Part shown: positions 1-8,689 of the stretch, piece after piece
How the letters are laid out: every line of letters starts with the position of its first letter
Position numbering within the stretch: the first letter of the stretch is position 1
From: a virus
Lineage: Duplodnaviria > Caudoviricetes
Virus record (IMG/VR): IMGVR_UViG_3300042139_000023
DNA length: 64,000 nt
Reading direction: 5' to 3' (one strand)
The notes under the pieces: generated by a model
Database searches by the model: none
What the model saw: the letters and a program-made list of their open reading frames with translations, nothing else
Told to the model about the DNA's origin: nothing
Position numbers and translations under genes: made by a program

Positions 1-531
1 GGTCTGCTCGGCCGGAGGGGACTCCGGCGTGGCCGACTCGGTCATGGTGACGAGCCTTCCTCCCGCTCCAGCGCGGGTGACGAGGTCAACAGAGAGACCT
101 TGCTGAATGCTGCGCACAATACGCTGTCCAGCGGTCTCCTCGATCTGGCCTGCTGCACGGATCGAGAGACCGATCACGCTGTGCAGCTCCTTGGCGATCG
201 GCTTGGCCTTCTCCGTGAACTGGATTCGGGAGAAGAGCCCGCGTCCTTCCGGTGTCTCTTCGAAGGTCGCGTCGTCGAGAAGGTACCCGGCGATTTTCAG
301 GACGCTTCGCTCGGGGAGGTCCATCTCTTCCGACTCGGAAGGGTGGTCGAAGTAGATGTGGGTCCCGGCAGGAAAGGCGCGAGCGCCGTCCCTCTTGAGC
401 ACTTCGGCGGGGTAGAACCCGCTGGAGCCCTGGACGTCGGCGGCGATGAGGAGTGCCCGCCAGATGCCCTTCTCCGGAGACTGGGCGTCCTCGGAGAGGA
501 TCGCGGTTTCCCGCAGGGTTTCCGTGGACAT
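1..531 (-). CDS. Capsid maturation (prohead) protease, 3' part runs off the window
   Basis: Not in the ORF track. Hand translation from the ATG at 531 (RBS GAGGGG) gives MSTETLRE...GTHIYFDHPS...IGLSIRAAG...SVDLVTRAGAGGRL, motifs typical of actinophage prohead proteases. It lies directly downstream of the portal. Confidence 0.8.
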   Translation of the reverse strand, partial: MSTETLRETAILSEDAQSPEKGIWRALLIAADVQGSSGFYPAEVLKRDGARAFPAGTHIYFDHPSESEEMDLPERSVLKIAGYLLDDATFEETPEGRGLFSRIQFTEKAKPIAKELHSVIGLSIRAAGQIEETAGQRIVRSIQQGLSVDLVTRAGAGGRLVTMTESATPESPPAEQT

Positions 532-608
532 GAGCCCCCTCACTGATCATCGACGAGCACAGCGTAATAGCATCCGAGGCGAAAAGTCTCGGCAGGATGC
601 TATGAAGT

Positions 609-2339
609 TCATTCGTCTCGCAGTTCGTGGTCTGCGTAGGACATCGGTTCCGGCTGCTTCGGCGCGTCAGTTGAACGGGAATTTCCCGCCTTCAGGGGGG
701 CCGGTGCACCAGGCCCACCGGTTCCTTCAGTGCCACTTCCTTCGGAATTACCGGGGGTTTCCGAGGAATTAGGCTCCTCCGTCTTCGGAGGTTCGCCCTG
801 CCCGCTTCCGCCCGCAACGTAGGGCAGATCCTCAACGTCGGGCGCTTCGCGGCCGAAGTCCTCCCACTTGTCGCCCCATGCGTCGACCACCATGGCCCGT
901 GCCTCGTCGGCCGAGAACAGCCCGAGGCGGATCGCCATGTCGAGCGCCTGGAGCCTGCGGTGCACCGGCTCTTCGGAGATCTCCGGCCACCGGAGGCGGA
1001 CCTTCAGACCCAGCGTCTTGAAGATTTCGCGGAACATGTCGTCCATGACCTTCTGCCGGGCCTGCATCACGAGGATCGTGGAAGTGTCCAGCGAGGTGGC
1101 CGCCGCGTTGTTCGCGATCGACGGGTCTTCCAGCAGAGCCGGAAGCGGAACGTCGAGAGCTGCGGCGATCATGGCAGCGAGGGGACGACCGGCGTCGAAG
1201 TCCACCTTCGTATTGCCGCCGACGGCAGACAGATCCTGCCCGGCCCCCAGCACGGCCGAGGCGCCCACGTTCAGCGGCTGACCGGTGGAGGGGTCGGTGC
1301 GCGGCGCCTGGGCCATCGCGGCAGCGGTGCGGCGTACGGACCGGGAACGGTCCGATGTCACCTTCCACGCGAATCGCGCGTACGCCTTGGTGAGCGTGGC
1401 GCAGTTCTCCAGATACTCCTTGTACGCCTTCGTCCACCAGACCGCAGGCAGCACGTCGGGAATGCCCCAGCGCCAGCCGGTGAGCCGGTTGAAGGGAACG
1501 TGCACGAGCACCTTCGTGTGGTCCACCTTGTCGCCAGCGATCTGCGCGGCGCCCCGGTTCCGGCCGAGCGCCCGGATGCCAGCGGGTGTCGGATACCAGA
1601 CGTCCCGGAAGGAGAACCCGGCCCGGGTGGATCCGCCCGACAAGCTGTCCCGGTCGGCCTTCATCCAGGTGCGCCCGCGCGCAGCGGCCTTCGGTGCTGT
1701 GACCGGATTCAGCTCGATGTTCGCTTCGAAGTCCAGCTCCAGATCCCAGTCGTTCCAGGTGCGCCGGATGTAGAGCAGGCGTTCCCGGTTGCCGCGCTGG
1801 CTGACACCCTCCGTGATCTCCTCGAACGGCACGCGCAGGACTTCCTTGGTGCGGCGGTCCACGAGAAAGAAGAGGTTGCCGTCGGTGCCGGAGGTCCGTT
1901 CCAGTTCGAGCTGGGCCAGCGTTCCGGTCAGCACCTCGTTGATGCCCTCGGGAAGTTCCGGCTCCAGGTTCACAGTCCTCGGTCGGCCGGGCCCCTGGAT
2001 GAACTCCTTCGGCACCACGGAGACGCCGGATCCCCAGACGTAGCCGGTGCGCACCCGAAGCCCCCGGCCGACGAGCGGGTTCACCGTGGCCACGGCCCGG
2101 CACAGCTCGCTCGCGTGATGGAGGGAGTCGAGCGTGAAGGAGTTGGCGCTGTCGGAGAGTCCCATCAGCGGGCGCCACCCGATGTCCTCGATCGCGAGCT
2201 GGGCCCGGCCGAATTCACCGGCCTCCCGCATCTCGTCGGAGACCAGACCCATCAGCTCCTCGTTGCGCGCTTCGAGGTTGCTCACGAAGGTCGTGATTTC
2301 CGTGTGAGACATCTCTTCGAGGGGCTTCGGCATCTGCAT
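609..2339 (-). CDS. Portal protein
   Basis: 576 aa ORF between terminase and protease; N-terminal AIEDIGWRPL motif; NPLVGRGLRVRTGYVWG; low-complexity Gly/Pro/Ser C-terminal tail. Confidence 0.85.
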   Translation of the reverse strand: MQMPKPLEEMSHTEITTFVSNLEARNEELMGLVSDEMREAGEFGRAQLAIEDIGWRPLMGLSDSANSFTLDSLHHASELCRAVATVNPLVGRGLRVRTGYVWGSGVSVVPKEFIQGPGRPRTVNLEPELPEGINEVLTGTLAQLELERTSGTDGNLFFLVDRRTKEVLRVPFEEITEGVSQRGNRERLLYIRRTWNDWDLELDFEANIELNPVTAPKAAARGRTWMKADRDSLSGGSTRAGFSFRDVWYPTPAGIRALGRNRGAAQIAGDKVDHTKVLVHVPFNRLTGWRWGIPDVLPAVWWTKAYKEYLENCATLTKAYARFAWKVTSDRSRSVRRTAAAMAQAPRTDPSTGQPLNVGASAVLGAGQDLSAVGGNTKVDFDAGRPLAAMIAAALDVPLPALLEDPSIANNAAATSLDTSTILVMQARQKVMDDMFREIFKTLGLKVRLRWPEISEEPVHRRLQALDMAIRLGLFSADEARAMVVDAWGDKWEDFGREAPDVEDLPYVAGGSGQGEPPKTEEPNSSETPGNSEGSGTEGTGGPGAPAPLKAGNSRSTDAPKQPEPMSYADHELRDE

Positions 2340-2348
2340 GCGATCACC

Positions 2349-2597
2349 TTAACTGCTCGATTGACCTGGCGACCTGCGTCTCGCAGAGGGGTTTCCAGGG
2401 GATTGGCGGACCTTTTCCACGAGAGCGATTGCATTGTCGCAGGAGTCGGCCAGCTTCTTCATTGCGGTCGTTCTGAGCGGTGAATCAGGGCCAGTCATAA
2501 GGAGGTTCGCCAGTTCGACGTACTTCCGGCCGACCGGCCCGGCGTGCTGAGACCGGGCGATGATCCTGCGCCGTGCTGCTTCTGCGTGGTCGTACAT
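2349..2597 (-). CDS. Small helical protein, distant Acb2/Tad1-like hairpin candidate
   Basis: ATG overlaps the upstream TGA (TGATG). MYDH...KYVELANLLMTGPDSPLRTTAMKKLADSCDNAIAL resembles the P-x-S-x-x-R/K-T-x-A-x-x-K-L helical-hairpin pattern. Confidence 0.45.
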   Translation of the reverse strand: MYDHAEAARRRIIARSQHAGPVGRKYVELANLLMTGPDSPLRTTAMKKLADSCDNAIALVEKVRQSPGNPSARRRSPGQSSS

Positions 2598-3040
2598 CAC
2601 ACCGATCCGTTGCCGGGTACCGGATCCTCCGGTGCGATCCGCATGAAGAACGGCAGCACGTAGAAGTGCCCGGGGTAGGAGATCTGCATGACCTGACGGT
2701 TGTAGAGGTCGATGAACTGCTGCTGCTGGGCTCCCGAGAGGTGCTGGTAGTAGAACTTCGCCTGGATCTGCGCAGCGCCGTCGGGCTCGGAACGCGGCGG
2801 GTGCAGGTACGCCTTGTAGTTCTTGTCGGTCGGCCCGACCGACCACCCTTCGGCCACCAGCTTCAGAAACTTGCCTGGGTGCAAGGATCCGCAGAACGAG
2901 CAGTACGGCACCGCCTCCCCGGCGCGGCGCGGTTCCTCCCGCCACTCGTCCTGCCCCTCCGACTTCTCCCAGGGGCCCATCTCCCGCATCCGGCGCGGGC
3001 AGGTCTGGATGTCCACTCGTCCTCCTTGAGTTCCGTGCAC
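2597..3040 (-). CDS. Hypothetical protein with CxxC (YCSFCGSLHP)
   Basis: Protein-like composition; translationally coupled to the downstream gene. Confidence 0.75.
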   Translation of the reverse strand: MHGTQGGRVDIQTCPRRMREMGPWEKSEGQDEWREEPRRAGEAVPYCSFCGSLHPGKFLKLVAEGWSVGPTDKNYKAYLHPPRSEPDGAAQIQAKFYYQHLSGAQQQQFIDLYNRQVMQISYPGHFYVLPFFMRIAPEDPVPGNGSV

Positions 3041-3079
3041 ATGGTGCTCCTGGAACTACAGCTCACTTTGAGGATTCCG

Positions 3080-5449
3080 TCAGTAGGGCGAGATCATCTC
3101 CTCCGCCCAGTACTCGTTGTCCTCGACCAGGGAGCTGGCCATCGCGTCGGCCGTCTCGGTGAGGACGTCGCCCTGGCGCAGACCCTCGGCCACCGGGGCG
3201 ACCGCGTACGCGATGGCGTCGGCGTAGTCGGGAGACTTGCCGTACTCCTTGCGCATGTCCTCCTTGGAGGCGATGAGCAGGCGGCCGTTCTTGATCGAGT
3301 AGAAGACCATCTTCAGGTCGTCTGCGATCAGCTCATCAGGGTCGATGAACTTCACCGAGCCGTTTCGCATCTTCTGGCGAAGCTGCTCGAACCAGTACGC
3401 ACGGGCGTTGTAGAAGCCGTAGACCGAACCGCCGACATCCGCCGGAGGGGCCGCCGATCCGTGCATCTCGTAGACCGTGAACCACGGATCCGGCAGCAGC
3501 GTCGCTCGGGCGTTCAGGGTGTCAACGACACCGGCACCGAGACCGACGGCGTCGACCCGGATCTCCACCCAGGGCGCCTTGCGCTCCTCCTTCAGGCGCT
3601 CAGCGATCTGGAGCACCTTGTGGGCCGAGGACACCGTGTCGGTTCCCGACCAGGACTCCTCGATCTGCGCGGTCACGCCGGAGTACGAAGCGACCACCGT
3701 CTTGTCGGCACCGAAGCGCGCGACGTCGACACCCAGGCGAAGCACCGAGTACAGCGAGGGCTTCGGTGACTCGTCGACCGCGTCGGCCACCAGCGACGGG
3801 GAGAAGAGCGACGACATGCTCTGCTCCGGGAACTTCGCCAGCACCTTCGCGATGTAGCGCGGGTCCTTCTCGCCCCAGTCGTCGAGGCGTTCCTGCACCC
3901 AGTCGCGTGAGACCAGGACTTCGTTCAGGAGCTTGGGCACCGGTTCGCCCGTGAAGTTCGGGGTGCTCGACGCGGGGATCGAGATCCGGTTCCACAGGTG
4001 CGCGGTCTTCTGCTCCATGAAGTTCTTGCCGAAGTCCGTGTTGCGGTCGTCGGGGTTCCCGATGGCCAGAATGCGGCAGCCGACGTTCGTGGTGATGGCC
4101 TCGACGCCGGTCCAGATCTCCTCGGGGATGCCGCATGCCTCATCGAGCAGGGCCAGCACGTACCGGCGGTGGATACCGTGGAAGGAGTGCCGGTCGCCCT
4201 TGGCGGGCTTGCGGCCGAAGCCGACGATCTGCCCGTCGCCCAGCTTCCATTCATCCGCCTGGGTCACGCGGCCCGGCATCGGGTATTCCCCGCGCGAGGC
4301 GTTCGAGTGGTGCTTGCGGATTTCCTCCCAGAGGATCTTGTTGACCTGGGCGTAGGTCGGCGCCGTCGAGACGACGATGGCCTGACCGGGCGGCTTGGTG
4401 GAAACCCACCAGCACGCGAGCACCGAAGCGATCATCGAGTTGTGGGTCGGAATCCCGCGTTCACCGCAGAGGTACAGGTGATCGGGCGAGTCGACCTGGA
4501 TGCACTGCACATCCCGCTCACCGACCGGCTTCACGGAGGTGATCCGCCATCCGTCGTCACCCCACGATCCCTGGGTCAGCAGAAGATGCGACAGGGCGAT
4601 GGCCCGCTGGTTGGCATCCGGCAGCAAGGTCGGTGCGTGAGACCCCATCAGGGCCAGGTGGCGCATCGTGATTCCGTACTGCCGCTCACGCCGGTAGATC
4701 GTCTGGACGCCCGCCTCGCGCATCCGGGCCCGAACCGCAGCGATCTCCTCCGGTTCCCCCTGGCGCGTCTTCCAGAGCAGCGCCGTACGCCCGTGGGGAT
4801 CCAGTCCTCCGCGTTCCGACAGCAGGGCCTGCATCGCCTCGTCGGCCGTCCACGTGAGGCCCCGGGCCAGGATCTCCGGCATTCGCCCGGGAACGACGAC
4901 CGTTCCGGGTCGCAGCTTGGCGATCTGCTTGGTCGTCATGGTCTTCGCCTTGTGCATCCACAGCCCGGTCTCCACCGGTACGCCCGCCCGGTCGGACTTG
5001 AGCTGGATGTCGGCCAGACCCTGAAGGTCGAGCACGGGCCACAGGTGGTCGGCCGAGGCGATGATCTCTTCGCAGGCACCGCCCCTCTCCAGACGGACGA
5101 CGTAACTCTCGGCCCGGTGCTCGCCCGTCACGGCAACCACCTCGACCGGCGAGCCGTCGGAGCCCAGCACCTTCATGCCCTCGGTGATCTCCCCCATCCT
5201 CACCGGGCCGGACGGGGTATGGACCAGTTCGTCCAGACCAAGCGCCTTACCGGTGCCGTGGCAGGAAGCGACCACCGTGCGCTTGTTCCGGATGAGAGAG
5301 GAGCAGATTTCCTGCTGCTTGCTCCACAGATGGACGCCGAGAACATCCCTGGCCCACCCCACGGGATCGTTGACCCATCCGGCCTGCCGCGCCTGATTGC
5401 GGAAGTATGCCTCCGCCTCGGCGGCGATCCGCTCTTCGTGTGAGGACAT
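3080..5449 (-). CDS. terL: Terminase large subunit, intein-containing
   Basis: Walker A SCHGTGK|S, Walker B LLDEACG, nuclease LGVDVARFG and SPDYADA; RBS AAAGGA before the ATG at 5449. Confidence 0.93.
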   Translation of the reverse strand: MSSHEERIAAEAEAYFRNQARQAGWVNDPVGWARDVLGVHLWSKQQEICSSLIRNKRTVVASCHGTGKALGLDELVHTPSGPVRMGEITEGMKVLGSDGSPVEVVAVTGEHRAESYVVRLERGGACEEIIASADHLWPVLDLQGLADIQLKSDRAGVPVETGLWMHKAKTMTTKQIAKLRPGTVVVPGRMPEILARGLTWTADEAMQALLSERGGLDPHGRTALLWKTRQGEPEEIAAVRARMREAGVQTIYRRERQYGITMRHLALMGSHAPTLLPDANQRAIALSHLLLTQGSWGDDGWRITSVKPVGERDVQCIQVDSPDHLYLCGERGIPTHNSMIASVLACWWVSTKPPGQAIVVSTAPTYAQVNKILWEEIRKHHSNASRGEYPMPGRVTQADEWKLGDGQIVGFGRKPAKGDRHSFHGIHRRYVLALLDEACGIPEEIWTGVEAITTNVGCRILAIGNPDDRNTDFGKNFMEQKTAHLWNRISIPASSTPNFTGEPVPKLLNEVLVSRDWVQERLDDWGEKDPRYIAKVLAKFPEQSMSSLFSPSLVADAVDESPKPSLYSVLRLGVDVARFGADKTVVASYSGVTAQIEESWSGTDTVSSAHKVLQIAERLKEERKAPWVEIRVDAVGLGAGVVDTLNARATLLPDPWFTVYEMHGSAAPPADVGGSVYGFYNARAYWFEQLRQKMRNGSVKFIDPDELIADDLKMVFYSIKNGRLLIASKEDMRKEYGKSPDYADAIAYAVAPVAEGLRQGDVLTETADAMASSLVEDNEYWAEEMISPY
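4439..5245 (-). mobile_element. Intein (269 aa), Ala-start class 3 type, in the terminase P-loop
   Basis: Starts ALGLDELVHTPSG after GTGK; block B ASADHLW, block F VQCIQVDSPDHLYL, block G IPTHN followed by Ser. Confidence 0.9.
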
Positions 5450-5620
5450 GCCGTTCCTTTCTGCTGCGACGCGTACAGCATTCCTCACCGGGGAACATTT
5501 TCGGTAACCTTGTGATGCCCCACCCGCGCAGCACTGGGCAGCGTGGACTCCACTTCCTGGGGCTGAGACTCACGGGGGCCCGGCCGATTGGCCGGGTCCC
5601 TTCCTCATGAGGAGGCAAGG

Positions 5621-5788
5621 ATGGCTTCTGAACTGGGACGTGTGGCCTATGAGGCATACGGAGAAAGCGTCGGCTGGACCACGTTCTCGGGCACCCGGAT
5701 GCCGACGTGGGAAGAGCAGAACGAACGGCTCAAGCAGGCATGGAACTCGGCTGCCTCAGCCGTGGAAGCGCGAGTGCGCGAAGAGTAA
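5621..5788 (+). CDS. Small conserved-type phage protein (YEAY...MPTW...AW)
   Basis: RBS AGGAGG; MASELGRVAYEAYGESVGW. Confidence 0.75.
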   Translation: MASELGRVAYEAYGESVGWTTFSGTRMPTWEEQNERLKQAWNSAASAVEARVREE

Positions 5789-5857
5789 CGAGTTCCCTGA
5801 ACTCCCCACCCCCAATCGGACTTTCCTTTTGCGGCACTCTGTGTCATCCTCAAAAAC

Positions 5858-6229
5858 ATGAGGAATATGTACCCGAAACCATGTGGCGTCTGCCAGGGAC
5901 GGGTGCCAGCCGGAGAGGGCAACGTCCAGGGGTCGCACGCATCCGGCTGGACCGTCACGCATGACGTCTGCCCGCGCGGATCGGTCCGTCACGGCCACGC
6001 CCAGGCGTACGCGCGCCGGGTGATGGGCGTGCTGCGCCGCAAGGAGTCCACCGCCACCGACATCTCCGAGGCCCTGGCCGGTCTCGCAGCTCTCATGCGC
6101 ACGGGATGGACCAGCCGTGAAGGGTGCGAGAAGGTCATCCTCCGGGCCCCGGCGTTCAGCGATCTGGACCGCCTGGAGGTCGAGGAGATCCTGAACCGGT
6201 CCCTCTCCGAGGAAGGAACGCGCTGCTAA
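5858..6229 (+). CDS. Hypothetical protein with N-terminal Zn-ribbon-like CxxC
   Basis: MRNMYPKPCGVCQGRVPAGEG...HDVC. Confidence 0.75.
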   Translation: MRNMYPKPCGVCQGRVPAGEGNVQGSHASGWTVTHDVCPRGSVRHGHAQAYARRVMGVLRRKESTATDISEALAGLAALMRTGWTSREGCEKVILRAPAFSDLDRLEVEEILNRSLSEEGTRC

Positions 6230-6417
6230 CCACGCAGCCCAAGAGCATCGAGGAGTTCAGAGAGGGCGGCCTTCCGGTCGCCCTCTTCTGTTTCTTCCCG
6301 AATCGCGTACGACGCCATGTTCAGCATCGCGCGACGACGGCAGGGCTGGCACTGCCCGCAGGGCACGGCGCCGCAGGTTCGGGGAACGGTGATCGTGCTG
6401 ACCGGGGCGATGTCCAT
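6226..6417 (-). CDS. Hypothetical Cys-rich small protein
   Basis: Purine-rich RBS GAAAGAGAG; CGAVPCGQCQPC. Confidence 0.65.
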   Translation of the reverse strand: MDIAPVSTITVPRTCGAVPCGQCQPCRRRAMLNMASYAIREETEEGDRKAALSELLDALGLRG

Positions 6418-6446
6418 AGTTTCTCTCTTTCGTGGAACTTGAATTT

Positions 6447-6457
6447 GGCCTAGGTCA
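6447..6457. promoter_or_regulatory. GGCCTAGGTCA operator-like palindrome (copy 1)
   Basis: Intergenic, between divergent genes. Confidence 0.6.
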
Positions 6458-6509
6458 TGTGGTCTGATGGATACAGCAAGCCCCCACTTCGGAGAGGAAC
6501 CCCGAGCAC

Positions 6510-6941
6510 ATGAACAAGACGAGCATCGCGGCCGGTGCCGCCGCCATCGCGCTGACCGGATCCCTCGCCCTCGCAGGCACCGCCTCCGCCGACTCCTGCA
6601 AGCCCGGCCAGGTGAAGACCGCCTACGGCTGCGGCGACGTGACCGGCGAGATCAAGGGCGAGCAGGGCAAGTCCACCGGCATCCGCTCCTTCGTCACCCC
6701 GGCGGTCGGCGTCGACTTCCGCGACGAGGACGGCAACAAGACCGGCTCCGGCTTCTACCCGGCCAACTCGTTCGAGTACCTGGGCAAGAAGAAGCAGGGC
6801 AAGAACGGCGACGGCGTGCTCATCCTGGTGCGCCAGGAGACCAAGCAGGACAGCCCCACGGTCGTCCAGTCCGGCTACGGCACCCTCTACAAGGGCTGGA
6901 TCCCGGTGAAGTACACCCAGATCCCGTCCATGTTCGACTGA
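6510..6941 (+). CDS. Secreted protein with Sec signal peptide
   Basis: MNKTSIAAGAAAIALTGSLALAGTASA|DSC: AxA cleavage site, paired Cys. Confidence 0.75.
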   Translation: MNKTSIAAGAAAIALTGSLALAGTASADSCKPGQVKTAYGCGDVTGEIKGEQGKSTGIRSFVTPAVGVDFRDEDGNKTGSGFYPANSFEYLGKKKQGKNGDGVLILVRQETKQDSPTVVQSGYGTLYKGWIPVKYTQIPSMFD

Positions 6942-6944
6942 CCC

Positions 6945-7169
6945 GTGCGGGTCACCTGGCTGCCCTCCGCCCGGAAGGCCGTGGAGGAAGCGGATCCCGT
7001 GATCCGAGGCCGGATCGAGTCCGAAGTCCCCGTGATGTTCGCCGACTCGGTTCCGGCCTCGGCCGTCCACCGGTACGTGGACGTGCTCATGGTCGAGCTG
7101 CCCTGCGGGGTCGAGCTGGACTTCGAGCGGACCGGCGACGGCGTGATGATCCTCTACGTGGGCTTCTGA
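6945..7169 (+). CDS. Small protein with weak RelE/ParE-like pattern
   Basis: N-terminus MRVTWLPSARKAV and C-terminus VMILYVGF echo RelE-fold ends. Confidence 0.4.
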   Translation: MRVTWLPSARKAVEEADPVIRGRIESEVPVMFADSVPASAVHRYVDVLMVELPCGVELDFERTGDGVMILYVGF

Positions 7170-7287
7170 ACGACCGGCCGCTTCACCCACGGCTTCACGG
7201 CCGTGCACGACGGCGCCTGGACGGTACCCCACCAGGGGGCGTGATGCCTCCCGCAGATGCACCGCCAGCGCGTCATCGTCCACATCG

Positions 7288-7593
7288 TCACAGCTCCTTC
7301 GCCACGGCCCCGCTCACGAGCGGGGCCACCGGCTTTTCCGGCCAGTGCCAAGTGCCGGGCGTCGGCTGCCCGTTCAGGGCCAGTCCCTCGACGTCGAAGG
7401 CGACGTCCTTGGCGAACTGGAAGCCCTCGGGGTTCATGACCGTGAGGTGCACGATTCCGGCCGACAGATCGACGACCTCGGTGATGGTGGCTGCCCGGCA
7501 CTTCGACGGGTACTGCTGCACTCCGTCCTGCGGCGCCGAGCCCAGCGAGGTGTAGTGCACGGCCCGGCCGACGGAGGCGATGTCCTTGCTCAT
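7288..7593 (-). CDS. Conserved-type phage hypothetical (SVGRAVHY...CRAATIT...GTWHWP)
   Basis: Recognisable motif pattern; overlaps the stop codon of the methyltransferase. Confidence 0.75.
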   Translation of the reverse strand: MSKDIASVGRAVHYTSLGSAPQDGVQQYPSKCRAATITEVVDLSAGIVHLTVMNPEGFQFAKDVAFDVEGLALNGQPTPGTWHWPEKPVAPLVSGAVAKEL

Positions 7594-8150
7594 GAGATCT
7601 CCTGGACGAGGATGTCGCGGGTGTCCCACGGGGTGTGCCGCTTGCGCAGCTTGAAGGTCGCGCCGTCCTCGCGCAGGAAGGGAATCAGCACACGACCCTT
7701 GCGGACTTCGCGGTGGTCGGTGTTCATGTCGTCGCCCATGATCAGGCCCGGGTGCTCGATGAGGTCGAGCGCCAGCAGATACTCCCGCATGGTGGCCGCG
7801 CCGTCGTTGTCGGCGTCCAGGTAGATCACGTCGAACTTCTCGCCGTCGATCTTCAGCTCTTCCATGGTGGCCACGGAGTCCCCGGCGTAGAAGTCACAGA
7901 AGTCCCCAAGTCCCTCGGAGTCCACGGCACGCCGTGCCTCGTGCGGCTCCAGGTCGATCCCGACGTACTTGCTCCCCGGGTGCTCGTTGAGCAGGCGGGC
8001 GAAGGCGAGGGTCGAATGCCCGTCACCCTTCAGGTGGTCGTCGTCGAGATTCCGTAGAACGCCGACTTCCAGAACGCGTAGGGTTTTCTTGCCCGTACGC
8101 TCCATGAAAGCGGGCAGCTCTTCATAGATGATTTCGCCGATGGTCGTCAC
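7590..8150 (-). CDS. Class I SAM-dependent methyltransferase (Methyltransf_24-like); start uncertain
   Basis: VLEVGV motif I, YVGIDL, FYAGDS, FDVIYLDAD, GLIMGDD. Confidence 0.75.
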   Translation of the reverse strand: MTTIGEIIYEELPAFMERTGKKTLRVLEVGVLRNLDDDHLKGDGHSTLAFARLLNEHPGSKYVGIDLEPHEARRAVDSEGLGDFCDFYAGDSVATMEELKIDGEKFDVIYLDADNDGAATMREYLLALDLIEHPGLIMGDDMNTDHREVRKGRVLIPFLREDGATFKLRKRHTPWDTRDILVQEIS

Positions 8151-8189
8151 CAGAAGAGGATACAGCTCAGCCCCGGAGAGGAGAGAGAC

Positions 8190-8444
8190 GTGGTCAGCGA
8201 AACGCCCGAACGTGTGCACAAGGGCTGCCCCACCTGCACCTGCGAGGAGGTGCGTGAACGAACGATCGTGTACCCGCCGAACCTGATCCTCTACGGCGCC
8301 TGTGGGGGTGCTGACGGCTGCGGAAAGGTCAGGTGGCAGTCGGAGACGTGGACACGGCGCAACGGCTCCTGGACGCCCACGAGGAAGACGCACTGTGGCT
8401 GCTGCCGGGAGGGGTGCCACGGCCATACGAGGGAGAACCGGTGA
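8190..8444 (+). CDS. Cys-rich hypothetical protein
   Basis: RBS GGAGAGGAGAGAG; CPTCTC, CGGADGC, CGCC. Confidence 0.65.
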   Translation: MVSETPERVHKGCPTCTCEEVRERTIVYPPNLILYGACGGADGCGKVRWQSETWTRRNGSWTPTRKTHCGCCREGCHGHTRENR

Positions 8445-8689
8445 ACGCCAGATACCGCAAGCGGATGCGTCTGAAGTCGCGGCACTACCGGCAGGGACAC
8501 AACCAGTTCTGCAAGTGCTGGGAGCTGTGGCAGAACGTCGGCCTCGCGCTGAAGAAGCGCATCGAGTCGGGTGGGCCCCTGCCGCGCCGCCGGGTCAGGA
8601 TGAGGACTTCTTCGGAGCCAGCTTCGCCACGTACTGCGGTGAGCACCCCAGTATCGCCGCGACATCCCGGATCGTCATCGTCTTCGTGA
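8441..8689 (+). CDS. Basic hypothetical protein
   Basis: GTGA overlap with the upstream gene; its 3' end overlaps the convergent gene. Confidence 0.5.
   Translation: MNARYRKRMRLKSRHYRQGHNQFCKCWELWQNVGLALKKRIESGGPLPRRRVRMRTSSEPASPRTAVSTPVSPRHPGSSSSS

Noticed and set aside
100-546. ORFs 100..546 (+) and 86..550 (-) in the track
   Set aside because: Shadow frames. The real gene is the minus-strand protease frame starting at 531, which the track missed because it has no stop codon in the window.
4700-5000. Active LAGLIDADG homing endonuclease in the intein
   Set aside because: Only about 130 aa lie between the splicing blocks and no intact LAGLIDADG helices with acidic catalytic residues are visible.
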